DNA of 41,101 nucleotides. It comes from Gammaproteobacteria bacterium. Its GTDB lineage: Bacteria > Pseudomonadota > Gammaproteobacteria > GCA-001735895. The stretch lies in NCBI GenBank assembly GCA_024222685.1, contig JAAEOZ010000158.1:1-41101 (forward strand), read 5' to 3'. The first letter of the stretch is position 1, and every line of letters starts with the position of its first letter. Under the pieces are notes generated by a model that was not told the origin of the DNA, ran no database searches, and was given only the letters and a program-made list of their open reading frames with translations. Positions 28,494 through 37,976 of the stretch are shown here, one piece after another. The translations under genes and the position numbers were made by a program.

Positions 28494-29795
28494 TTATAAT
28501 GGCAGCTCCGCAATAACAGATCGCTGGCCTGACTGATTGACCAGAGACAGGCCATCTGCTGAAATGCCATCAAGCCGAATTGCTGAAATCGTTGAAGACT
28601 GTAGCCGATGGTCAGAGGATTTTACGCGATGATAATGCGGTGTATAGCCGATCCATTGATTATCGTCGGTACTCATAGATTGTTCCCAGAGTACAGGGAC
28701 AGATTTACCTATATGGCGCCTGAGTTCGCGCTTTTTCAGTTCTGCCGCCAGTTCGTGCATTTGCTGGCTACGAGCTTTCTTTATTTTTTTATCAATTTGA
28801 TCTAGCAAAGTGGCCGCCTTTGTTCCATTGCGTGGCGAAAAAGTAAATATGTGCATATGGCCAAACCCGACGCTCTCGATATAGGCCATTGTCTGTTGCC
28901 ACTCTTTATCGGTTTCTCCGGGAAAACCGGCAATCAGGTCGGTAGTAATATTAAACAGTGGAACAGCTCTACGCGCTTTTTCGACCACATCAGTAAATTC
29001 CGCCGTCCTGCAACGACGCGACATTCGCCTTAGCACACTGTCGCATCCACTCTGGATAGGTAAATGTATATGTGGCATGAGACGAGGATCATTAAATAGC
29101 TGGAAAAAATTATCTGCAAGATCCCAGGGTTCGACCGAAGCCAGGCGAATTCTCGGTATGCTGGTACGTGAGAGTATTTCACTCAATAAAATATACAGAC
29201 TGCTGCCCGTATCACTGCCATAGCCACCGACATGGACGCCTGTAATCGCAATTTCCTGTACACCACTGGCATGTACAAAATTAATTTCCGTGATGATTTC
29301 ATCGACGCCACGACTACGTTCCTGACCGCGCGCTATGGTGACGATACAATAGGTACAACGGTAGCGACATCCATCCTGAACCTTTATAAAAGCCCGATGC
29401 CGACCGCGAAGAAACAGACTATTCTCGATCGGCCTGACTACATCATCATTGGAAATCCCAAAGTGTTCGATGGTCTGATCAACAAGATCTTCCTTATCTT
29501 CGTTAGCAATTACCAGATCCACTCCCAGGTACTCTTTTACCGCTTGCGTATTCAGACTGGCATGACAACCGGTGACCACGAGTTTAGCGGCAGGATTCTG
29601 CCGATGTAGACGATTAATTTGCCGTCGGGACTTACGGTCAGCCTCACTTGTCACTGTGCAAGAATTAAAAATGACGACTTCTGCATCTCTACAATCGCTG
29701 GTTACCTGATGACCGAGCTTAAGAAACTGGCTCGCCCATAATTCCAGTTCGGCTTCATTTAAACGGCAACCCAAGGCCTGGAAATTAATATTCAC
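28494..29795 (-). CDS. mtaB: tRNA (t6A37) methylthiotransferase MtaB (radical SAM, MiaB-like)
   Basis: N-terminal UPF0004 domain (ALGCRLNEAE, NSCTVTSEADRKSRRQI), radical-SAM CRYRCTYCIV, and a C-terminal TRAM-like region. The start is placed at GTG 29795 (MNINFQALGC). The track ORF extends to a TTG at 29849, so the start is uncertain. Confidence 0.8.
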   Translation of the reverse strand: MNINFQALGCRLNEAELELWASQFLKLGHQVTSDCRDAEVVIFNSCTVTSEADRKSRRQINRLHRQNPAAKLVVTGCHASLNTQAVKEYLGVDLVIANEDKEDLVDQTIEHFGISNDDVVRPIENSLFLRGRHRAFIKVQDGCRYRCTYCIVTIARGQERSRGVDEIITEINFVHASGVQEIAITGVHVGGYGSDTGSSLYILLSEILSRTSIPRIRLASVEPWDLADNFFQLFNDPRLMPHIHLPIQSGCDSVLRRMSRRCRTAEFTDVVEKARRAVPLFNITTDLIAGFPGETDKEWQQTMAYIESVGFGHMHIFTFSPRNGTKAATLLDQIDKKIKKARSQQMHELAAELKKRELRRHIGKSVPVLWEQSMSTDDNQWIGYTPHYHRVKSSDHRLQSSTISAIRLDGISADGLSLVNQSGQRSVIAELPL

Positions 29796-29872
29796 AACTA
29801 GTTTCGGAAAAAAAGATCTGGGATAATAGCAAATATAGCCTGTAAACAAATCACTTAGTGACCTGGAACAGG

Positions 29873-29899
29873 CAAAAAAAACCCGGCCGGAGCCGGGTT
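29873..29899 (-). terminator. Rho-independent terminator downstream of soxA
   Basis: On the minus strand, AACCCGGC-uccg-GCCGGGUU is followed by a run of 8 U (A-run 29874-29881 on the plus strand). It lies 25 nt after the soxA stop. Confidence 0.8.
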
Positions 29900-29923
29900 A
29901 TTTAATTCTAATCGTCGAGATCG

Positions 29924-30754
29924 CTATTTTCGTGTTGCTGGCCCATTTGCTTCCAGACCATTACTCATATAGGTCAGGAAGTACTCCAGCGCTTTATACT
30001 CGTCACTCTGAGCTTTATATGGCTTTGCTCGAACCTGCGAATTACAACCGCCGAAACGACGATGAGGTGTTCCGAGGCTACCCCATTTTGCACGATAGAC
30101 AGGAAAATGTGTTAGATGGCCTAAAGCAGGGCTTAAACGATCTGCACGAACATTGTTACCCGCATAATGCATATGGCAATCAGCGCAGGCCAGATTGAGC
30201 TGACCTCGCTTCATGTAAAAATGCCTCTTACCACGATTGTATTGCTCAAGAGCCCTGGGGTCGTCTGGAATTTGAATATCAAAGATCTCACCGCGGGATT
30301 TGTAAGCCATATAAGCGGTTAGCGCAGTGATAGCACCCTTTTTGTACTTGAGCTTTTTCTCACCTGCTGCCTTTCGACAGTCATTAATAGCACCCTCAAG
30401 TGTCTCAATCTTACCCGTACCACTATTAAACTGCGGATAAAGATGCCTCACACCCGGCTTACCAAAACAATCATTATAGGTGCTACCGTTAGCAAATGGC
30501 TTGTTGTACGCCTCTTCACCTTTTTCAATATCGATCTCATACTGAGGAAATTCCTCAATCGCTTCAAATGTTTCTCTTGATACCGGATCAATAGAATATA
30601 TACCGTTGATAAAATCGTCTTTTGGTGTATCAGGAAAACGTTTCATATAATACTGCTGGAATGCCTTCAAGTCTTCTGCAGGCGAAGCAATAGCCGGCGA
30701 GATCACCGAACTGGTGGTCAGAGCCATTACTATCGCATAAAGAATATTACGCAT
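29924..30754 (-). CDS. soxA: L-cysteine S-thiosulfotransferase subunit SoxA (monohaem type)
   Basis: Signal peptide MRNILYAIVMALTTSSVISPAIA, a single haem motif CADCH, and the conserved distal Cys context RFGGCNSQVRA. The start ATG at 30754 has a Shine-Dalgarno AAGGGGG. The longer track ORF would overlap soxZ. Confidence 0.88.
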   Translation of the reverse strand: MRNILYAIVMALTTSSVISPAIASPAEDLKAFQQYYMKRFPDTPKDDFINGIYSIDPVSRETFEAIEEFPQYEIDIEKGEEAYNKPFANGSTYNDCFGKPGVRHLYPQFNSGTGKIETLEGAINDCRKAAGEKKLKYKKGAITALTAYMAYKSRGEIFDIQIPDDPRALEQYNRGKRHFYMKRGQLNLACADCHMHYAGNNVRADRLSPALGHLTHFPVYRAKWGSLGTPHRRFGGCNSQVRAKPYKAQSDEYKALEYFLTYMSNGLEANGPATRK

Positions 30755-30797
30755 GATGATTACCCCCTTCTTATAATTCGTTTTATCGGTCTGATAC

Positions 30798-31109
30798 TTA
30801 CTTAACTTTTGCAGACTGACTTTCGGACGCACCCTGATTATCAATCCAGGATATCGTTAACATATCGCCCTTAGAGCCTTTATATTTAAATGACAGATAA
30901 GGATTCTTGGATATGCCACCCGCCCAGAAAGCTTCCAGCACCGTACTATCCCCGGCTTTGGCTATAACTTCCTGAATAAAATGGGCTGGTATCTTCTTAC
31001 CCGTTTTCTTGTTTTTACGCAGGCCTGTTTCCATCGGGTGATTCATCAACACCTTGGCTGTAACAATGCCACCTTTTTCTTTAGCGCGAATTTTAGTTTT
31101 CTTTGCCAT
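30798..31109 (-). CDS. soxZ: thiosulfate-oxidation carrier complex protein SoxZ
   Basis: 103 aa with LMNHPMETGLRKNKKTGKKIPAHFI and ISKNPYLSFKYKG, characteristic of SoxZ. It follows soxY directly. Confidence 0.9.
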   Translation of the reverse strand: MAKKTKIRAKEKGGIVTAKVLMNHPMETGLRKNKKTGKKIPAHFIQEVIAKAGDSTVLEAFWAGGISKNPYLSFKYKGSKGDMLTISWIDNQGASESQSAKVK

Positions 31110-31124
31110 ATCTATTCTCCTCTA

Positions 31125-31577
31125 TTAACCGCCACAGCCGCCAATGGTGACTTTGACCTCTTGCCTGGCGGCATGCAAAGAACCACCTGCTTTAACAACC
31201 GCGAGAACATCGCTGGTCTTACCCATTTTAATCCTTGTCGAGACATATCCCTCTGAGCCATGCAAATTAAACGATGCCAGCAAAGGTGTCGGGTTACCTG
31301 CAACTACGATCGATATTGACTCTGTACCGGCTATCGATGAAGTAACCTGAACCGGTACAACTGCACCGTTTTCGGCTATTTCGGGCGCCTTGATTTTAAT
31401 ATCACCAGATTCTGCAAAATCACTCATGCCGTAAATATCGGAGAGTGCGCCGGATGAATCCTTGTTTTCGAATGCCGCTTTTGGATAAGCCGCAAGCACC
31501 CGGCCCGGTATAACGATGCCAGTGGATGCCACCAGCCCAGCCGCCAGACTAGATTTAAGTAAAGTTCTTCGTTTCAT
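31125..31577 (-). CDS. soxY: thiosulfate-oxidation carrier protein SoxY
   Basis: Twin-arginine signal MKRRTLLKSSLAAG and the diagnostic C-terminal swinging-arm motif VKVTIGGCGG. Confidence 0.93.
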   Translation of the reverse strand: MKRRTLLKSSLAAGLVASTGIVIPGRVLAAYPKAAFENKDSSGALSDIYGMSDFAESGDIKIKAPEIAENGAVVPVQVTSSIAGTESISIVVAGNPTPLLASFNLHGSEGYVSTRIKMGKTSDVLAVVKAGGSLHAARQEVKVTIGGCGG

Positions 31578-31591
31578 AATAAATTCAGCTC

Positions 31592-31954
31592 CTAAAGGGT
31601 GTGAATAAACTCGGTGATCAGGTTTATCTGCTTGTCTGTAAGTATGCCGTGCTTTCCAAATGGTGGCATGACTGTTCGAGGATTCTTCACAGTTGCATCA
31701 TAAATTTGCGCACGAATTTCACTTTTGTCGGGAAAGCGAGCTTTCATTGCAATCAGAGGTGGTCCGATATTACCTGGTAAGGTTCCGCCAGCTATCATAT
31801 GACAGGCAAGGCAATTACCCAGTTTTCTGTCAAATGCTAATTTTTTACCTTCTGCGATTTCCGCATCTGTAGCGGCAAATGAAGTTGCAAAAAAAGATCC
31901 CAGTAATACCGCGACTGATGTAATAGTAGTAACGAGGCGAATTTTCATCCGCAA
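31592..31954 (-). CDS. soxX: monohaem cytochrome c SoxX
   Basis: Signal peptide, single CLACH haem motif and MPPFGKHGILT, in a 120 aa protein. It is the first gene of the soxXYZA string. Confidence 0.85.
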   Translation of the reverse strand: MRMKIRLVTTITSVAVLLGSFFATSFAATDAEIAEGKKLAFDRKLGNCLACHMIAGGTLPGNIGPPLIAMKARFPDKSEIRAQIYDATVKNPRTVMPPFGKHGILTDKQINLITEFIHTL

Positions 31955-32076
31955 TACCCTCCTTTATAATAATAATGAATACTGGACACTCATCAGGGTG
32001 AGCAAATACCAGTTAATTTTTTTGTACGTGGCAGAATACTGCAACAGTTTCTAATATCAAGCTAAATTCCAGTTGC

Positions 32077-32137
32077 TATTTATATAGAGATATACCCGCT
32101 TTTTTGTAATTATTTATATAGAGGTAGAAGATACCCG
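32077..32137 (-). promoter_or_regulatory. direct repeat pair upstream of soxX (candidate operator or tandem -10 elements)
   Basis: TATTTATATAGAG occurs at 32077-32089 and 32111-32123. Each copy is followed by ATACCCG (32092-32098 and 32131-32137). The pair lies 123-183 nt upstream of the soxX ATG. Read on the minus strand, each copy contains TATAAAT. Confidence 0.4.
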
Positions 32138-32177
32138 ACAGATAGGGGAGGCCCCCGGGCAGGTAAGTGATTTGGTA

Positions 32178-33566
32178 TCAGCGTCGCAATTCGGCGAGTT
32201 TTTCGCGAATTCTTGACTCAGTGGCCAGATCAATATCGGGAGAATCTAATACCTTACTATACAATTTAATTGCCAGGTCTGGAGAACCACTGAGACGATG
32301 GTAGTCAGCCTGCGCGAGCATTTCCATAAGGCTTTTGTCAAGTAGGTGATAGAGGTCAACCAGCTCAAAAAAGACTGCCTTATTGCTGGAATATCGATTT
32401 TCCAGTCGTCTACCAATAACCAACGCCTGGTCCAGGCGCTTACTGTCTTTTAGCAATCGCAGGAGTTGCAGCGATATGATGTAGTCGTCGGGATAAATCT
32501 CTAGTAACTGTCTATATACTTCTTCAGCTTTCTCCTTCCTGTCGAGCATTTGCAAATTTTCGGCATAAGCTATGCCATACCAGAAATTATCACTTTGTCC
32601 GTGATATAACTTTTGCAGGGTTTTACTAGCCGTATCTTCTTCCCCTGCTTTCATTTTTGACAGCGCCCGACGAAACTGCCCGCTGCCAGGTAATACACCA
32701 TCGTTAAGAATGTACATCAGGTAGTCCTGAAAAAGTAAAAAATAGTCAGGTCCCACAGAATCCACGGAATTCGGTAACAAGCGTGATTCAGCTTCAGATA
32801 CTCGGTTGTCTGACACCGGATGAGTCCTTAAATACTCAATACTGCCGAGGTCAGAATTACCAGATAGTTTACCCAGAATTTGAAAAAACTCGACCATTCC
32901 GCGCCCATCAAACCCCGCAGATTGCAACAGATTTATTCCCATTCTGTCAGCTTCGTATTCAAACTCACGCGTATAATTAATCATCGCCTGTTGACCGCCA
33001 GCTGTTCCACCATATACCAGCGCAGCGCCCAGCTCTGTTCCGCCAGCGAGTAAGCCCGCGAGAATGGTCAACAGCATGGTATTGCTGGTGCTACGGGACT
33101 TTTCCATCAACTTAACCCCATGGCGCAATCGCACATGAGCAATTTCATGTGCCATTACCGACGCTAGCTGATGTTGTGTGCGAGCGCTGAGAATGAGCCC
33201 GGCGTTAATGCCGATATACCCACCTGGAAGTGCAAATGCGTTAATACTGCCGTCTCGTACAATAAAAAAATGGTAATCGCGGACCCTGCTATCTAGCGTT
33301 GATAGCAATCGCTCACCGAGGTCATTAATATAGCGATTGAGTAGTAGATTGGTTTCGATTAAGCCACGAGCTAGCAATTGATCATAAATGCCTTTACCTA
33401 AATTAACCTCATGATCAATATTGACAGAGGAGTGCTCTCCGAGCTGAGGTAATTCTTCATCCGAATAGGAAGGTGTTATAAATCCCAGAATCACCCCAAA
33501 TAACGCTATAACACCGAGGAAGCGAAATGAGGGCCATCTCTCAAAATGAATAATTAATCTACTCAT
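32178..33566 (-). CDS. bepA: M48-family zinc metalloprotease with C-terminal TPR repeats (BepA/YfgC-like)
   Basis: HExxH site MAHEIAHVRLRH, an N-terminal signal or anchor, and a C-terminal half of TPR-like repeats (YGIAYAENLQMLDRKEKAEEVYRQLLEIYPDD...). Confidence 0.8.
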   Translation of the reverse strand: MSRLIIHFERWPSFRFLGVIALFGVILGFITPSYSDEELPQLGEHSSVNIDHEVNLGKGIYDQLLARGLIETNLLLNRYINDLGERLLSTLDSRVRDYHFFIVRDGSINAFALPGGYIGINAGLILSARTQHQLASVMAHEIAHVRLRHGVKLMEKSRSTSNTMLLTILAGLLAGGTELGAALVYGGTAGGQQAMINYTREFEYEADRMGINLLQSAGFDGRGMVEFFQILGKLSGNSDLGSIEYLRTHPVSDNRVSEAESRLLPNSVDSVGPDYFLLFQDYLMYILNDGVLPGSGQFRRALSKMKAGEEDTASKTLQKLYHGQSDNFWYGIAYAENLQMLDRKEKAEEVYRQLLEIYPDDYIISLQLLRLLKDSKRLDQALVIGRRLENRYSSNKAVFFELVDLYHLLDKSLMEMLAQADYHRLSGSPDLAIKLYSKVLDSPDIDLATESRIREKLAELRR

Positions 33567-33696
33567 AGCGCTAGAATTATAACCGACATCCTCTTAGTAT
33601 TGGGTTTCAAAGCGTAACATAATGATATATATATAGACTTTTTCAATGATTCATAGTTTCGCCTTATTAAAGATTTCCTGGAGTTAATTAACACTT

Positions 33697-34041
33697 ATGT
33701 CGCGTATCAAGGAAATTTCAGCGACTGAGCTTTCGAATTTACACAATTCTGAGAGTCGCTTTGAAATTATTGATATCCGCACCCACGCAGAGATCGAGCG
33801 TGGCGTTATTCCTGATGCCAGAATTCTACCTATGGCACAGATCCCTCTTAAACTCAGTTTTTTCTCTCTCTCCGATAAGCAGGTTGTGATTTACTGCAGG
33901 ACTGGTAGTCGCTCTGCTCAGGTTTGCAGGTTTCTAAATAAACACGGTATCAACAATGTCATTAATTTACGTGGCGGTATAGTAAAATGGACATCAAGCG
34001 GCTTGCCACTGACCTTAGAAACGGCTGAATTTATCGATTAG
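33697..34041 (+). CDS. single-domain rhodanese-like sulfurtransferase
   Basis: 114 aa with the active-site loop VIYCRTGSRSAQ (CxxGxRS) and the C-terminal NLRGGIVKW typical of rhodanese domains. Confidence 0.85.
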   Translation: MSRIKEISATELSNLHNSESRFEIIDIRTHAEIERGVIPDARILPMAQIPLKLSFFSLSDKQVVIYCRTGSRSAQVCRFLNKHGINNVINLRGGIVKWTSSGLPLTLETAEFID

Positions 34042-34165
34042 CATCGTCAATGCCCCTGGCAACAGTGAAACTATTGCGTTTTCAAATGCTGTAGCTTATA
34101 AAGAGCACATTCCCGTTAGTTTTTGTTAATACCTGAATACCCTGGAAATAAGTGAGGAACAATCG

Positions 34166-34396
34166 ATGTCGGAATATGACCGAGAGCTAGATGCTTCTGG
34201 ACTAAACTGTCCCCTGCCGATACTTCGGGCAAAGAAAACCCTGAGCGATATGCAATCAGGTCAGACATTACTGATAATTTCAACCGATCCGGGCTCAGTA
34301 AAAGATTTCGAAGCTTTCGCAAAGCAGACAGGTAACCCCCTGCTATCATCAGCCGATGAAGGAAACCGATTTACATTTGTGATGCGAAAGTCCTGA
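34166..34396 (+). CDS. tusA: TusA-family sulfur carrier protein
   Basis: 76 aa with LDASGLNCPLPILRAKKTL (the CPxP active-site motif). Confidence 0.88.
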   Translation: MSEYDRELDASGLNCPLPILRAKKTLSDMQSGQTLLIISTDPGSVKDFEAFAKQTGNPLLSSADEGNRFTFVMRKS

Positions 34397-34544
34397 ACCA
34401 ACCCCTTACAGTCAAATAAGATCGATTATTTGCTGCATTTACCATGATTAGGTAGTGCAATTATTCGATAACCATAATAAAATTTCTGGTTCGACACGAG
34501 CTTTGTAAGCTTTGGGGCGGCCCTTGAGAATTTACCCCAAAGAT

Positions 34545-34577
34545 AAAAACCAGATTCCTGAGTGATCTGGTTTTTTT
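34545..34577 (+). terminator. hairpin plus T7 tract between tusA and ilvI (tusA terminator and/or ilv leader attenuator)
   Basis: aaaaaCCAGATtcctgagtgATCTGGttttttt is read directly from the sequence. It is preceded by a second 8-bp stem, CTTTGGGG (34510-34517) pairing with CCCCAAAG (34535-34542). Confidence 0.6.
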
Positions 34578-34611
34578 GAATCCAGGCTGCAATTTATTAA
34601 TGAGGTTTACA

Positions 34612-36363
34612 GTGGAATTATCGGGTTCTGAAATAATAATTCAGTTTCTTAAAGACGAGGGCGTCAAACACCTGTTCGGCTATCCAGGTGGTGCCGTATT
34701 GCATATTTACGATGCTTTGCACCAACAGAATGATGTCGAACACATACTGGTGCGCCATGAGCAGGGTGCAACTCACGCCGCTGACGGTTATGCTCGAGCA
34801 ACTGGCAAACCCGGTGTTTGCCTGGTCACTTCGGGTCCGGGCGCCACCAATGCCATTACCGGTATCGCCACAGCCTACCTCGATTCCATTCCACTCATTG
34901 TACTTACCGGCCAGGTACCCTGCCATGCAATTGGCACAGACGCTTTTCAGGAGGTCGATGCAGTGGGCATCACCAGAGCCTGTGTAAAACACAATTTCCT
35001 GGTGAAAGACATTAATAAACTGGCAGAGACACTGAAAAAAGCGTTTTACGTAGCAACCAGCGGACGGCCTGGGCCGGTAGTAGTAGATATCCCCAAGGAT
35101 ATCACTGCACCACACATCAGGATTCCGTACGAATATCCCAGTCAGGTTGAAATGCGTTCGTACAACCCGAATGTTAAAGGTCATCGTCGACAGATCAAGC
35201 GAGCAGTTGATTTGTTGCTTAGAGCAAAACGACCAATGATATATGCTGGCGGCGGTGTTATTACTTCCGAAGCATCCGCAGAACTACGACAATTCGTTCG
35301 CAAGCTTGGGTATCCAATAACACAAACCCTGATGGGCCTGGGTGCATTTCCGGGCACCGATCCTCTGTTTATAGGTATGCTTGGCATGCACGGCACCTAT
35401 GAATCCAATATGGCTATGCACGACTGTGACGTTCTTATCGCAATTGGCGCCCGCTTCGACGATCGCATTACCGGTGTGACCGGCAAATTCTGCCCATACG
35501 CACAGGTTATTCATATCGATATTGATCCAGCATCTATATCGAAAACAGTGAATGCCAATATCCCAATCGTTGGCGACGTTAAAACTGTGCTCAACGAGAT
35601 GAACAAACTGCTCGACAAGCCAGACCTGCCTATTGACAGCGTCGCAGTTGAGTCCTGGTGGAAAAAAATCAAATCATGGCAAAGTCAGAAAAGCTTCGAT
35701 TACGAGAAGAAAGATGGCCTGATTCAACCGCAAGCTGCTGTTGAAGAACTGTATAAGATCACAAACGGTGAAGCCTACATCACCTCCGATGTGGGTCAGC
35801 ACCAAATGTATGCTGCTCAGTTTTACCCGTTCGACGAACCACGCCGCTGGATCAACTCAGGTGGCCTGGGTACGATGGGATTCGGCCTACCAGCGGCCAT
35901 GGGCGTAAAACTCGCATTCCCGGATGAGGAAGTCGCCTGCATAACCGGCGAAGGTAGTATCCAGATGTGTATTCAGGAATTATCAACCTGCCTGCAATAC
36001 GACATCCCGGTCAAGATCGTCAACCTCAACAACCGTTTCCTGGGTATGGTTCGACAATGGCAGGAATTTTTTTACGAGAAGCGTTATTCGCATGTCAACA
36101 TGGATTCACTGCCTGATTTCGTCAAACTGGCTGAAGCCTACGGGCATGTCGGCATCCGCGTCGACGACCCAAGCGATTTACACGACGCCATGAAGGAAGC
36201 CTTCAAACTGAAAGATCGTACCGTATTCCTGGACATCATCACTGACCGTGAAGCCAATGTTTATCCCATGATTTCGAGTGGCAAAGCACATAATGAAATG
36301 GATATTTCACCTCTGCAGCAGAAAATTCAGGCTGCCATGTTAGCCCGAGGGGAGAGCATATAA
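34612..36363 (+). CDS. ilvI: acetolactate synthase (acetohydroxy-acid synthase) large subunit
   Basis: GYPGGAVLHIYDAL and the ThDP-binding region GGLGTMGFGLPAAMG...GEGSIQM...NLNN. The start is placed at GTG 34612, which has GAGG 8 nt upstream and gives MELSGSEII, like E. coli IlvI MEMLSGAEM. In-frame alternatives are ATG 34600 and TTG 34576. Confidence 0.92.
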   Translation: MELSGSEIIIQFLKDEGVKHLFGYPGGAVLHIYDALHQQNDVEHILVRHEQGATHAADGYARATGKPGVCLVTSGPGATNAITGIATAYLDSIPLIVLTGQVPCHAIGTDAFQEVDAVGITRACVKHNFLVKDINKLAETLKKAFYVATSGRPGPVVVDIPKDITAPHIRIPYEYPSQVEMRSYNPNVKGHRRQIKRAVDLLLRAKRPMIYAGGGVITSEASAELRQFVRKLGYPITQTLMGLGAFPGTDPLFIGMLGMHGTYESNMAMHDCDVLIAIGARFDDRITGVTGKFCPYAQVIHIDIDPASISKTVNANIPIVGDVKTVLNEMNKLLDKPDLPIDSVAVESWWKKIKSWQSQKSFDYEKKDGLIQPQAAVEELYKITNGEAYITSDVGQHQMYAAQFYPFDEPRRWINSGGLGTMGFGLPAAMGVKLAFPDEEVACITGEGSIQMCIQELSTCLQYDIPVKIVNLNNRFLGMVRQWQEFFYEKRYSHVNMDSLPDFVKLAEAYGHVGIRVDDPSDLHDAMKEAFKLKDRTVFLDIITDREANVYPMISSGKAHNEMDISPLQQKIQAAMLARGESI

Positions 36364-36857
36364 TGCGGCACATCATTTCATTGCTGGTCGAAAATGAGTC
36401 TGGTGCACTATCTCGAATATCAGGCTTATTTTCTGCACGCGGATATAATATAGAATCACTGACTGTCGCAACCACCGAAGATCCGACCCTGTCACGCATG
36501 ACCATAGTCAGTATCGGTGATGATCGCATCATCGAACAGATTACCAAACAGCTCAACAAACTCGTCGACGTAGTAAAGCTCCAGGATTTCACCGAAGGAA
36601 ACTTCATCGAACGCGAAATGATGTTTGTTAAAGTCAGGGCAGCCGGGGAGTCGCAACGCTCAGAGATACAGCGTCTTTCAGATATTTTCCGAGCTCGAAT
36701 AATCGATGTAACCGATACCACATTCTGTATTGAGCTAACAGGTTCCGGCGACAAGCTAGATGCCTATATTAATGCCCTGCATGAAAAGAATATTATCGAA
36801 GTGGTACGATCTGGATCGATGGGTATTATGCGTGGCGATAAAGCCTTAACCATATAA
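36363..36857 (+). CDS. ilvH: acetolactate synthase small (regulatory) subunit
   Basis: ACT-domain start RHIISLLVENESGALSRISGLFSARGYNIESLTV in a 164 aa protein. There is a TAATG overlap with ilvI. Confidence 0.92.
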   Translation: MRHIISLLVENESGALSRISGLFSARGYNIESLTVATTEDPTLSRMTIVSIGDDRIIEQITKQLNKLVDVVKLQDFTEGNFIEREMMFVKVRAAGESQRSEIQRLSDIFRARIIDVTDTTFCIELTGSGDKLDAYINALHEKNIIEVVRSGSMGIMRGDKALTI

Positions 36858-37934
<1,077 letters not shown>

Positions 37935-37976
37935 AACCGGAGATCGGGTGGGTTCATAGCCTGCCCGTTTCACAAT

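Noticed and set aside
30755-30844. A 30-codon N-terminal extension of the soxA ORF that would overlap the 3' end of soxZ.
   Set aside because: The internal ATG at 30754 has a strong Shine-Dalgarno sequence and is followed at once by a signal peptide. The extension has no signal character.
34116-34349. A 77-aa minus-strand ORF opposite tusA.
   Set aside because: The plus-strand ORF has the diagnostic TusA CPxP motif. The minus-strand product has no recognisable features.
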